NCBI GenBank assembly: GCA_003009755.1
Contig: PXUB01000030.1
Coordinates: 36,638-100,637, forward strand
Origin: Thermoplasmatales archaeon SW_10_69_26
GTDB taxonomy: Archaea; Thermoplasmatota; SW-10-69-26
DNA length: 64,000 nucleotides
Direction: 5' to 3'
Position numbers and translations under genes: made by a program. This document shows, piece by piece, positions 9,886-19,361 of the stretch. Each line of letters opens with the position of its first letter. Positions within the stretch are counted from its first letter, which is position 1. The notes beneath the pieces were generated by a model. That model saw nothing but the letters and a program-made list of their open reading frames with translations. It made no database searches and was not told where the DNA came from.

Positions 9886-10106
9886 GCGTGCAATGACGCC
9901 CCGTGATTTGAAGCCTCGTCCGTTCGACGGACGGTCGCAGCAGCGGTCAGAGTCGCAGGTTATCGGCGTGAGGGGGTCGGCCCTAGTGGGGGCGAGCTGA
10001 ACCGTGGGGCTCCTTGCCTCCCGAGAGTCAACCCTCCTGGCCATCCTGGGAACAACGTATTCATGGGTGGAGCCTATGAATCAACGCCCTGCGAGGCCGA
10101 TGAAGC

Positions 10107-11003
10107 ATGGCCAACTTCCGTATCCTTAGGGAGCGCCTACGGATTGACCATACTGGCCCCCGAGAACGGTCGTTGCAAATTCAGTATGAAATCCAGAACA
10201 CTAGTGACGAACACGAAGAGGAAGTTTTCCTCATTCTTGATGAGTATCTGCCAGGGTTGCAGGTGACGACGGGTTCCGGGAAGGAGCTAGCATATCTCCC
10301 GGATGAAATGGTCGAGGATCGTGTCGGCGATCAAGAGGAATTTATTCGAGATGCCGTGGGCGAGGACATCTTCGAAGAGGGGGATTTCGAAGATGCGAGA
10401 ATCCTGCTAGTCGAGCTTGAGGATCCTCTCCCTCCAAACGAAGTCTTTGTCTTGAAACTCAACCACTTGGATGCCGTATCACCGCCTCAGGGCAGAGGAT
10501 TGATTCGACAACCGCGATTTGAAGTGAGCGAAGCAAAGGGTCACGAAGGCCACGATACTTTCATCGAAATCCGGGGGCCGGATAGGAGTTTGATTTCTCC
10601 AGATCAGGAACAAGGCGACCCTGATTTCACTGCCCTAGATGGCTACCTACAAGCAAAGGCAGAAGGAGGGGCGGGGTTGGTCAGCTTCCAATACGAGGTT
10701 CGACCAAGGGCTGCAGAGAAGGTTTTGGTCCGTTCTTTCTTCTTGGCTCTGACTCTGTTGCCTGTTATCGTTCTTACCGCTGCCGGGGTCTTCCAGGGCG
10801 GCCCCTGGAAATTCACTCTCCTGGGGGAGCAGATGGGGATTTTCTCCCCTCAGCAACGGTTGAGGGAGACATTGGGTGCAGTTGGCTTGACCGGAACCAT
10901 TGCGCTGATGGGGTTGACTCGGCCCCGTTGGGTCCAGCGGCTATACTTCCTCCTGCCGCTTGTCCTTTATCTAGCGCTCATCCTCTGGCGGTTTTCCCCA
11001 TGA
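10107..11003 (+). CDS. Lower-GC hypothetical protein: soluble N-terminal domain plus about 3 C-terminal TM helices
   Basis: 298-aa ORF with visibly more A/T-ending codons than its neighbours. Confidence 0.7.
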   Translation: MANFRILRERLRIDHTGPRERSLQIQYEIQNTSDEHEEEVFLILDEYLPGLQVTTGSGKELAYLPDEMVEDRVGDQEEFIRDAVGEDIFEEGDFEDARILLVELEDPLPPNEVFVLKLNHLDAVSPPQGRGLIRQPRFEVSEAKGHEGHDTFIEIRGPDRSLISPDQEQGDPDFTALDGYLQAKAEGGAGLVSFQYEVRPRAAEKVLVRSFFLALTLLPVIVLTAAGVFQGGPWKFTLLGEQMGIFSPQQRLRETLGAVGLTGTIALMGLTRPRWVQRLYFLLPLVLYLALILWRFSP

Positions 11004-11040
11004 GTAAGGTTTATGTTTCAAGCTCCCCCATCTAGTGCCT

Positions 11041-11124
11041 GTGTCTGGAAGTGACGACCGGGAAAAGGCGCTGGAATCCACGGTAGTTCTCCGGACGCCC
11101 AAGACGCAGGAGCAGGCAGATTAA
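11041..11124 (+). CDS. Possible 27-aa microprotein (MSGSDDREKALESTVVLRTPKTQEQAD)
   Basis: GTG...TAA ORF with TTTATG box at 11010-11015. Confidence 0.3.
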   Translation: MSGSDDREKALESTVVLRTPKTQEQAD

Positions 11125-11163
11125 CCGTCAAGCCTGATTTCTTGGCGGTAACGATTCGACGTT

Positions 11164-12207
11164 AGTGCTTCTCGGGGTGTCTCAGTAACCCCCTCTACGC
11201 CGCTGCCCCCAACTGCCCCGATCGTTTGAGCCGCTCGTTCGGCCGCGGCAGCATCTCCACAATGCCTCGCAACGCTTTGTTGAGGGCCCGCCCGAGGAAC
11301 GGGCGGTGGTTGAAGCGGAATGTGAACGCGTCCAAGTACGGCTGCACGTTCCAGTCCTCCACGTAGGCGTGCACCCTATACAGCACGCGTTTGAGGTTGC
11401 TGAACACCGTGTGACTCCACGGCAGCACATCGTGCATCTGCTCGCCCTCCTCGCGATCGGGCTGGCGAACCTCGCGCTCGTAGGCCGCAAGCCCGTTGTA
11501 GCCGTCCCCGTTGTCCGTCCACTAACATCGAGCCTTCCTGCACGCGGACTCGCACGGTGGGGGCCAGGTTCTCGCCGCCGGCGCCGGGCACGCATTGCAG
11601 GTGCAGGTTGCCGGCTTCCTCGTCCTTGTTGTCGACGAGGGCGACCACGCACTGCTTGCTGGTGCCCCGGCCTGAGGAATCGTCCGGGCGCTTGCCGCCC
11701 ACGTAGGTTTCATCGGCTTCCCCCACGCCGTCTAACGATCGCTGCTGGGCGCGTCTCAGGATGCGGTAGATCTTCTGGCGGATGTTGTGCGCGGTCTCCG
11801 CGTGCACGCCCAACGTGCGGGCGAGCTCGGGCTCCGTGATGCCCTTCTTGGTTTTGATGACGTGGTAGATGGCCAGGAACCAGGTCTGTAGGTCGAGTTT
11901 GGTGTCCTGGAGGATCGTGCCCGCGGTCACGCTGGTTTGCTTGCGGCACGCGTAGCACTCGAACACGTGGCGGGTCTGGATGAGGCCCCAGGGCTCGTCC
12001 TCGCCGCAATCCGGGCACGTGAAGCCGTCCTTGCCCCAGCGGTGCTCGCGGAGGTATTGCCAGCAGTCCTCCTCGGTGGGGTGTGTGTTGACGAATTCGG
12101 TCAGGCTGGGCAACGCGTCATCGGTCATGCTCCCGAAGATGGGCGATGGAGGGGTGTGGGTTCAGTCCGGGGTGGCTCGGTACCACTGACACAGGCCGAG
12201 AAGCACT
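11164..12207 (-). mobile_element. IS1595-family insertion sequence (1044 bp) with 23-bp imperfect TIRs and 9-bp target duplication
   Basis: Left agtgcttctcggggtgtctcagt versus reverse complement of right end agtgcttctcggcctgtgtcagt; ttcgacgtt repeated at 11155-11163 and 12208-12216. Confidence 0.9.
11195..12128 (-). pseudogene. IS1595 DDE transposase, frameshifted near 11521
   Basis: Zn ribbon CPDC..CYAC and EADETYVGG; after a one-base shift, WTDNGDGYNGL...FSNLK...YLDAFTFRFNHR. Confidence 0.88.
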
Positions 12208-12327
12208 TTCGACGTTTTACCGTCGAAGGTTTGCTCGGGAGACCTTGAATGCGATTAGCCACGCCGCGCCGCCTCACATCAAACTCTTATACGCCTCCCC
12301 CATATATCTGGCCTGCGCGGAAGCGTT

Positions 12328-12400
12328 GCGGGTGTAGTATAGTCTGGTAGTACACGGCCTTGCCATGGCCGTTGCGCGTGTTCAAATCACGCCACCCGCA
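12328..12400 (+). tRNA. tRNA-Gly (anticodon GCC), no encoded CCA, no intron
   Basis: Acceptor GCGGGTG/CACCCGC, anticodon arm cggcc-tt GCC at-ggccg, T loop TTCAAAT; ATATAT box at 12302-12307. Confidence 0.96.
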
Positions 12401-12668
12401 TCCTCTCTCGCGTTGATTCCTCAGGGACTCCCATCGCCAGGCTCGGCTGAGGGGCCGCTGGCGGTGTCGCGCTGCATCGGAATCCCTCCGAGGGAGCGTC
12501 ACGTGCGGGTGGCGTGAGCGGACGGCCGGCCGCAGCCACCGCCGAGGGCGTGCGAATCGAGAGCATCCGTAGCCGACGCGACCGTGCGGCTCGATGCTCT
12601 CGAGTGGCCAGATCTGCGATCTGGTCGAATCTCAGGGCCGACGGCGGAAATCGCCCGTCGGTCCTGAA

Positions 12669-12702
12669 GCCACCCGCATCCTCTCTCGCGTCGAGTCCTC
12701 GG
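12669..12702 (+). repeat. Direct repeat of tRNA-Gly 3' end plus trailer (att-like)
   Basis: gccacccgcatcctctctcgcgt identical at 12391-12413 and 12669-12691, extending imperfectly about 11 nt further. Confidence 0.85.
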
Positions 12703-13026
12703 TTCGCACGGCCTTCGGCCGTGCTCTCGTGAGGGGGGTGTGCTCTGCGTGTGAAGAGGAGGCGGGGGGCCGGGGGAGACGCCACCGGCCCCCGTCGAGG
12801 CGCCGACGGGCACAGCTGGGAGGCAAGGTCCGTCGCGGTCGTAGGCGGGTCAGCGGTAGGGAGTCGCACTGCCCTCCGACGCCAAATCGTGACAACTAGT
12901 GTCACAGTATCAAGGTTGCGGTTCGGTCGCCTCGGGCGAGGTGCGTCGACCCGGCCCGCGGGGGCTGTGGGCCGACACGGAACGACTTAACTCCCGAGGC
13001 CCGTTCCCTGCCGCACGAGGGTCACG

Positions 13027-14352
13027 ATGGCTGAGCCGAAGATCACGGTCGAGCCCCCGGGACCGGAAGCCAGGAAGGTGCTCGAGCGCGACGACGACGC
13101 GATCATCACGAACACGCGCACCACGCCCGTCGTCGCCGAGAGCGCCGACGGCTGGCTCGTCGAGGACGTCGACGGCAACCGCTTCCTCGACTTCTCCAGC
13201 GGGATCGCCGTCGTCAACACCGGCCACTGCCACCCCGGCGTGGTCGACGCCGTGCAGGACCAGGCCGAGGACCTGATGCACTTCGCCGGCACCGACTTCT
13301 ACTACGACGCCCAGGTCAGCTACGCCGAGCGTCTGACCGAGCTCGCCCCCGTGCCCGACGGCAAGGTCTTCTACACCAACTCCGGGACCGAGGGCACCGA
13401 GGCCTCGATGAAGCTGGCCCGCCACAACACCGGCCGGCCCGGCTTCCTGGCCTTCCGGCAATGCTTCCACGGTCGCACGTTCGGCTCGCTGAGCCTGACG
13501 GCGAGCAAGGCCGAGCAGCGCCGCGGCTTCCAGCCGTTGCTGGCCGGCGTCTTCCACGTGCCCTTCCCGAACCCCTACCGCAACCCCTGGGACATCGACG
13601 GCTACGCAGAGCCCGACGAGCTCACCAACCGCGTCCTCGACCGCGTCGAGGAGCTGTTCGAGGGCCTGGCTCCGCCCGAGGACATCGCCGCCTTCTTCGC
13701 CGAACCGATCCAGGGCGAAGGCGGCTACGTCATGCCGCCGGAGGGCTTCTTCGGCCGGCTCGCGTCCCTGCTCGACGAGCACGGGATCTTGCTCGGCATC
13801 GACGAGGTGCAGACCGGCTTCGGCCGCACCGGCGAGCTGTTCGCCGCCGACCTCTTCGACGTCGAACCCGACCTCATCTGGCTGGCCAAGGGCATCGCCT
13901 CCGGCCTGCCGATGGGCGCCGTCGTCGCCCGCGAGGAGCTGGACTTCCCCTACAAGGGCGCCCACTCCAACACCTACGGCGGCAACCTCGTCGCCCTCTC
14001 GGCCGCCGAGGCCACCCTCGACGCCATCGAGGACGAGGACATGCTCGCCAACACCCGCGAGGTCGGCGACCACATGCGCGAGCGCCTCGAGGAGATCCAG
14101 GCCAAACACGAACCCATCGGCGACGTCCGCGGCGTCGGCCTCATGCAGGCCATCGACCTCGTCCAGGACCACGAGACGAGGGAACCGGCCAACCAGCTGC
14201 AAGGCAAGGTCGTGCAGGGCATGTTCAAGCGCGGCGTGCTCGTGCTACCCTGCGGGTCCAGCTCGATCCGGTTCATCCCACCCCTGAACGTCGACCGGTC
14301 CTCGGTGGACGCGGCCGTCGAGGTGCTTGAGGAAACCTTGAAGGCGGTGTGA
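13027..14352 (+). CDS. Class III PLP aminotransferase (4-aminobutyrate/acetylornithine type)
   Basis: FHGRT, EPIQGEGG, DEVQTGFGRTG, AKGIASG and SNTYGGN motifs. Confidence 0.93.
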   Translation: MAEPKITVEPPGPEARKVLERDDDAIITNTRTTPVVAESADGWLVEDVDGNRFLDFSSGIAVVNTGHCHPGVVDAVQDQAEDLMHFAGTDFYYDAQVSYAERLTELAPVPDGKVFYTNSGTEGTEASMKLARHNTGRPGFLAFRQCFHGRTFGSLSLTASKAEQRRGFQPLLAGVFHVPFPNPYRNPWDIDGYAEPDELTNRVLDRVEELFEGLAPPEDIAAFFAEPIQGEGGYVMPPEGFFGRLASLLDEHGILLGIDEVQTGFGRTGELFAADLFDVEPDLIWLAKGIASGLPMGAVVAREELDFPYKGAHSNTYGGNLVALSAAEATLDAIEDEDMLANTREVGDHMRERLEEIQAKHEPIGDVRGVGLMQAIDLVQDHETREPANQLQGKVVQGMFKRGVLVLPCGSSSIRFIPPLNVDRSSVDAAVEVLEETLKAV

Positions 14353-14364
14353 GGTCCCCCACCC

Positions 14365-16971
14365 ATGGTGTCCGTCCCCGCTCGCCGCCTGCTGCTGGTC
14401 GTCGCGGTCCTCCTCGTGGTCGTGCCGGCCGTCGACGCCGTGCGCGTGCTCGACAGCCCCGGCCAGCTGCCGGACCGCGTCCACGGCTACGGCACCGCGC
14501 AGATCGACGACGAAAGCTACCTCGTCGGCGGCGGGCGCGGGCAAGGCTACATCGACGAGATCACGCTCCTCCGCGCGGACGGGACCGCCGATACGGTCGC
14601 CAGCCTGCCCACCGCGCTGAAATCCCCGGCCGCAGCCGCCCACGAGGGCCAGGTGTACGTCTTCGGCGGCGCCCAAGCCTCCGCCAGCGACGACCTGCCG
14701 GAGACGACGAGCGCGATCCACCGCTTCGATCCGCAGACCGGCGAGGCGACCCGGATCACGGGCGTCTCCCTGCCCGACCCCGTCGCCGCCGCCTCCGCGG
14801 TGACGATCGACGACCGGATCTACGTGCTCGGCGGGCTCTCGATCCAACCCAACGAGGACCCGCAGGTCGACTTCCACCCGTGGGTGGCAGCCTTCGACCC
14901 CGAGCAGGAGACGATCACCCAACTCGACGCCGAGCTGCCCACCGGACGGGCCCAGGCCAGCGCCCTCGCCGTCGACGGCGAGATCGTGTACCTGGGCGGC
15001 CACGCGGAGGCCGGCGAGGACACCTGCCCCGGGCAAGCTTCCACCTGCTTCGTGCCCGACGTCCTCACGCTCGACCCCGAGGCCGACACCCTCACGAAGA
15101 TCGGCGAGCTGGACGAGCCGCTGCGCTGGACGGCCGCCATCGAGCACGAGGGCACCGCCTACGTCCTGGGCGGTTGCAGCGCCAACTGCGATCCCCACCG
15201 CGGCTCGGCCGCGATCCAGACCGTCGATCCCGCGACGGGCGAGACCGCGACCCTGCCGGTCACGATGCCGCTCACCGGCGGCCGCAACGGCGCCTTCCTC
15301 CACGGTGACGAAGCCTGGGTCCCCGGCGGCGTGCGCGCCACCCAGAACGGCACCGAGGACCACGCCACCGTCCTCCGCGTCGAGCTGGGGCCGACCCGGT
15401 CGTGGGCACCCACGAACCTCTCCGCCGAGGCCGTGCCCGGCGGCATCCGCCTCGACTGGGAGCCCCCCGAGTACGACGGCGGCAGCCCCGTCGAGGGCTA
15501 CATCGTCGAGCGCTCGCGCGGGGCCCGCGAACCCGTGCGCCTCGACGCTGTCTCCGACACCCGGTTCCGCGACACCAACGCCAGCCAGGGCACCACCTAC
15601 ACCTACCAGATCCGCGCCGAGAACCCCCACGGGGTCAGCGCCCCCAGCGGCGGCGTGGACGTGCGAGCCACCCAGACGCCCCAGGCGCCGGCCGTGACCG
15701 CCCAAGGGGGCGACGGGAAGCTCGTCGTGCAGTGGAGCCCGCCCGACGACACCGGCGGCCTCGACATCGAGTCCTACCGCGTGTTCGCCTACGCCCCCGA
15801 CAGCGATGCCGACCTCGAACGCTGTGCCTCCGCCTGCTGGGGCACCGTCTCCGAGTCCGCCACGCGCGCCTCGATCACCTCCGTCCAGGACGAACCGGTC
15901 GAGAACGGCGCCACCTACGAGATCCGGGTCCAAGCCCGCAACGGGAACGGGTGGGGTCAACCCTCCGATCCCCAGCAGGTCCAACCCCGTCCCGTGCCCG
16001 AGGCGCCCACCGAGCTGACGGCGCGGGCCGACGAGGGCTCGGGCCAGGTCGAGCTCGGCTGGCAACCGCCCGCGGAGGACGTCGACGGCTACGCCGTCTA
16101 CCGCGGGCCGGCGCTCGACGAGCTCGAGCTGTTGACCCGCTCCAGCGACACCGAGCACACCGACGGCGACGGCGTTCCCCGCGGCCAGACGGTCGTGTAC
16201 GCCGTGGCGGCTCGCAACGGCGACGCCGAGAGCCCGCTCGGCCAGCCCGCGCGCGCCGTGTTCGCGACGCCGCCGGGCGAGGTGGCCGATCTCTCGGCGC
16301 GCTGGACCGGCTCCCACGTCCACGTCTCGTGGTCCCCGCCGAACGAGACCGGCGGCGAACCGCTGCAGGCCTACGAGGTCGCCCGCACCCGCGGCGCCAT
16401 GGACCCCGAGGAGGCCGACGCCGAGATCCAGCGCACCGCCGTGGAGCGCTACCGGGACAGCAACCCGCCGCGCGGCAAGCCCGTGTCCTACCACGTGCGC
16501 GCCGTGACCGACGCCGGCGAGGGGCCCTGGGAGTTCCGCCAGGTCCGCGTCCCGCTGACGCAGGACAGCCGCCCGCCGGTGCCGGCGCTGGCCGCCCACC
16601 CCGGCCAGGTCGACGTCGGCGGCCGGGTCGTGTTCGACGCCAGCGGGAGCCAGGACGACGAGGGCATCGTCGCCTACAACTTCACGTTCGGCGACGGCGA
16701 CGGCACCGGCTGGCGCTCGAGCCCCCGCGTGACGTACAACTACGAGGAGCAGGGCGTCTACGAGGCCACCGTCACCGTGCGGGACGCCAGCGGGCTGCAG
16801 GCCGCCAGCCAGGCCACGATCGCCGTCGGCCCGCCGGAGGACGATGGATCCCAGGAGCCCGTCGGCGGCGACGTCAACCAGACGGTCGGCGAGACCGACG
16901 ACGCGCCGATCCCGGCGCTGGCGGCGTTGCTCGGCTTGGCCGCGGCCGCGCGGCTGGCTCGCCGGTCGTGA
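14365..16971 (+). CDS. Surface protein: Kelch propeller, about 4 FN3 domains, PKD, C-terminal anchor
   Basis: YVFGG/YVLGG Kelch repeats, WEPPEYDGGSPVEGY FN3 motif, FGDG PKD motif, PIPALAALLGLAAAARLARRS tail. Confidence 0.88.
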   Translation: MVSVPARRLLLVVAVLLVVVPAVDAVRVLDSPGQLPDRVHGYGTAQIDDESYLVGGGRGQGYIDEITLLRADGTADTVASLPTALKSPAAAAHEGQVYVFGGAQASASDDLPETTSAIHRFDPQTGEATRITGVSLPDPVAAASAVTIDDRIYVLGGLSIQPNEDPQVDFHPWVAAFDPEQETITQLDAELPTGRAQASALAVDGEIVYLGGHAEAGEDTCPGQASTCFVPDVLTLDPEADTLTKIGELDEPLRWTAAIEHEGTAYVLGGCSANCDPHRGSAAIQTVDPATGETATLPVTMPLTGGRNGAFLHGDEAWVPGGVRATQNGTEDHATVLRVELGPTRSWAPTNLSAEAVPGGIRLDWEPPEYDGGSPVEGYIVERSRGAREPVRLDAVSDTRFRDTNASQGTTYTYQIRAENPHGVSAPSGGVDVRATQTPQAPAVTAQGGDGKLVVQWSPPDDTGGLDIESYRVFAYAPDSDADLERCASACWGTVSESATRASITSVQDEPVENGATYEIRVQARNGNGWGQPSDPQQVQPRPVPEAPTELTARADEGSGQVELGWQPPAEDVDGYAVYRGPALDELELLTRSSDTEHTDGDGVPRGQTVVYAVAARNGDAESPLGQPARAVFATPPGEVADLSARWTGSHVHVSWSPPNETGGEPLQAYEVARTRGAMDPEEADAEIQRTAVERYRDSNPPRGKPVSYHVRAVTDAGEGPWEFRQVRVPLTQDSRPPVPALAAHPGQVDVGGRVVFDASGSQDDEGIVAYNFTFGDGDGTGWRSSPRVTYNYEEQGVYEATVTVRDASGLQAASQATIAVGPPEDDGSQEPVGGDVNQTVGETDDAPIPALAALLGLAAAARLARRS

Positions 16972-16980
16972 CCTCGGTCC

Positions 16981-18924
16981 TCAGGCGAGCTCGTCGAAGC
17001 CGATCTCGCCCTCGATGTAGGATGCCAGGTTCCCAGCCAGCGCGTCCACCGGCACCCGGACCTGCTCGGTCGAGTCCCGGTCGCGCACCGTGACCTCGCC
17101 CTCCTCGAGCGTCTCGTGGTCCACGGTCACGCACACCGGCGTGCCCGCCTCGTCCATGCGAGCATACCGGCGCCCGATCGAGCCGCCCTCGTCGTAGTTG
17201 GTGACCAGGCCCGCCCGCTTGAGCTCGGTCTCAATCTCGCGGGCGCGCTCGGGCAGCCCGTCCTTGCTGACGAGCGGGAACACGCCCACGTCCAAGGGGG
17301 ACAGCTCGCGCGGCAGGGACAGCGTGTCCACGTCGCCGGTCGTGTCCCAGTTGTGCTCGAGCACCGCGTACAGGATCCGGTCGACGCCGTAGGAGGGCTC
17401 GATGACGTGCGGGAACACCCACTCGCCCTCCTGGCGATCGGTCTCCTCGACGAGCTCGTAGGCCTCGGCGGGCACCTCGATGTCCTCGCCGTCGACCTCG
17501 ACCGTGACGGCCTGGCTGGGGTCCACGCCGTCGGCATCGCGCTTGCGCAGCGCCTCGGCCACGGTGCCGGCCTGGCCCTTGAACTCGGGGCCGAGCAGGC
17601 TCATGTCCGGTTCCAGCCGGGAGATCTCGCGCTCGATCGCCTCCTCGAAGCGGCGGAACACCTTCATCCGCTCGCCGCTCTCCCGCTCGTGGCTTTCGAG
17701 GTCGTAGCAGCCGCGGTCGGCGATGCCGACGCACTCGACCCAGCCGTACCGAGCGGACGCGAACTCGGCGTCCCAGCAATCCGTCGCGTAGTGTGCCATC
17801 TCGTCGGACTCGTGCTGGCGGAACCGCAGCCGCTCGCGGTCGACGCCGGCGTCGGTGAGCACCTGCTGGGTGCGACCGACGAAGTAGGCCACCATCTCGT
17901 TCGCGATCGTGCCCGCCTCGACGGCCTCCGCCAGCGTCGTCGTCACCGGCTCGCCCTCGGCCGGCACGAGATCGACCTCCAGGCCCGCCACGTGGTCGAA
18001 GTCGTCGTGGGTCTTGTCGTCGGGATCCACGAACACCTCGGCCTCGGCCTGCCAGAACTCCCGCAGACGGACCAGACCCTGGCGGGGCGAGATCTCGTTC
18101 CGGTAGGCCCGACCGATCTGGACGGCGCCGAAGGGCACCTGCTCGCGAGCGTACCGGTACAACCACTGCGAGTTGACGAACAGGCCCTGGGCGGTCTCGG
18201 GCCGCAGGAAGCCGCTGTCGCCGTCGCCGGGCCCGATCCGGGTGCTGAACATCAGGTTGAACGGGCCCACCTCGGCCGTGCCGGGGGACACGGTCTCCTC
18301 GCAGCCCAGGCAGGTCAACCGCTCGTCGAGAACGATCTCGCCGGCGGCGTCCTCCACGCGGATCCCGCCGGGGCGGACGCCGATCTCGTGGTCGTCGGCC
18401 TGCCAGGTAAGCTGCTGGGTGCCCTCGTCGAACTGCGGGTGTTCGCCGCTGAGCAGGGCCTCGATGTCCTCGGGGCCCGGTTCACGCTCGGCGGCCTCGA
18501 TGATCGAGTGCACCTTCCGGTGCACCTCCTCGTAGAGCTTGGTCCACCCGTGCTCGTCGGCGACGGGCTCGAGCTGCTCGACGACGCGCATCCACTCCTC
18601 CTCGAGGTAGTGGTCGCCGCGGAAGGCCGTCCCGCACGACAGGCACTCGACGAGGGTGTCGTCGAACTGGTCGAGGTGGCCGCTGGCTTCGAACACGGCC
18701 TCGGGGGCGACGGTCGGGGTGGAGACCTCGCCGAAGCCCTCCTCGACGACGTAGTACTGCCGCCAGAGATCCTCGAAGTTGCGCTTGAGGCCCTGGCCGA
18801 GGGGACCGTAGTCGTAGAGGCCGGCGACGCCTCCGTACAGGTCGTAGGCGGGCTTGAGGAAGCCGCGCCGCTTCAGCATCGCCATCAGCTCGACGGTCTC
18901 CTCGGGTGGGTCCTCGTCGGCCAT
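16981..18924 (-). CDS. glyS: Glycine--tRNA ligase, archaeal/eukaryotic homodimeric type
   Basis: YDYGPLG, LRPETAQG, RNEISPRQGLVRLREF, EPSYGVDR and SIGRRYARMDE motifs. Confidence 0.97.
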   Translation of the reverse strand: MADEDPPEETVELMAMLKRRGFLKPAYDLYGGVAGLYDYGPLGQGLKRNFEDLWRQYYVVEEGFGEVSTPTVAPEAVFEASGHLDQFDDTLVECLSCGTAFRGDHYLEEEWMRVVEQLEPVADEHGWTKLYEEVHRKVHSIIEAAEREPGPEDIEALLSGEHPQFDEGTQQLTWQADDHEIGVRPGGIRVEDAAGEIVLDERLTCLGCEETVSPGTAEVGPFNLMFSTRIGPGDGDSGFLRPETAQGLFVNSQWLYRYAREQVPFGAVQIGRAYRNEISPRQGLVRLREFWQAEAEVFVDPDDKTHDDFDHVAGLEVDLVPAEGEPVTTTLAEAVEAGTIANEMVAYFVGRTQQVLTDAGVDRERLRFRQHESDEMAHYATDCWDAEFASARYGWVECVGIADRGCYDLESHERESGERMKVFRRFEEAIEREISRLEPDMSLLGPEFKGQAGTVAEALRKRDADGVDPSQAVTVEVDGEDIEVPAEAYELVEETDRQEGEWVFPHVIEPSYGVDRILYAVLEHNWDTTGDVDTLSLPRELSPLDVGVFPLVSKDGLPERAREIETELKRAGLVTNYDEGGSIGRRYARMDEAGTPVCVTVDHETLEEGEVTVRDRDSTEQVRVPVDALAGNLASYIEGEIGFDELA

Positions 18925-19088
18925 CGAAGGCGCGATGCGACCGCTTGGAAAAAGGGTTGCGTCCTCGGCGGGGGGACAAGTGATGGATGGGGGCCGGGCG
19001 GGCCACAGGGGTGGTCGGTCGTCGAACCAGGGGTGAGTGGGCTGGGGGCCCGGCGCCCGACCCCGGGGATGAGCGGGAAGCGGGCGCC

Positions 19089-19193
19089 TCAGTCGAACTT
19101 GTAGGCGCTGCCGACGTTCATCGGTTCCTTGGCGATCGTGGACATGATGCTGGCCACGCGGACGAGACCTTCGAGGTTCATCTTCTCGGACAC
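19089..19193 (-). CDS. Probable 34-aa microprotein (MSEKMNLEGLVRVASIMSTIAKEPMNVGSAYKFD)
   Basis: Nearly all codons end in G/C; upstream GGTAGGT and TTCATAA box; GC hairpin after the stop. Confidence 0.6.
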   Translation of the reverse strand: MSEKMNLEGLVRVASIMSTIAKEPMNVGSAYKFD

Positions 19194-19361
19194 GGGGATC
19201 GACCTACCCCATGCTCCCTCAGGGGGGTTATGAACGAGATGTGGTACAGCCGTTGAACAGGGGGAGGCCGGGGCGGAGACGGAGGGCTCTGTGACCTCTC
19301 GTTCCTCTCCCCTCCTCTGCTTGGGCGAGGTTTTTAGCCCCGAGCCGGTTAGCTGGCTTCG

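Noticed and set aside
12401-12900. RNase P or SRP RNA downstream of the tRNA
   Set aside because: The conserved RNase P GAGGAAAGUCC and SRP helix-8 signatures were not found.
18301-18646. Intein in glyS
   Set aside because: No C/S...HN-C/S/T splice junctions or homing endonuclease motifs.
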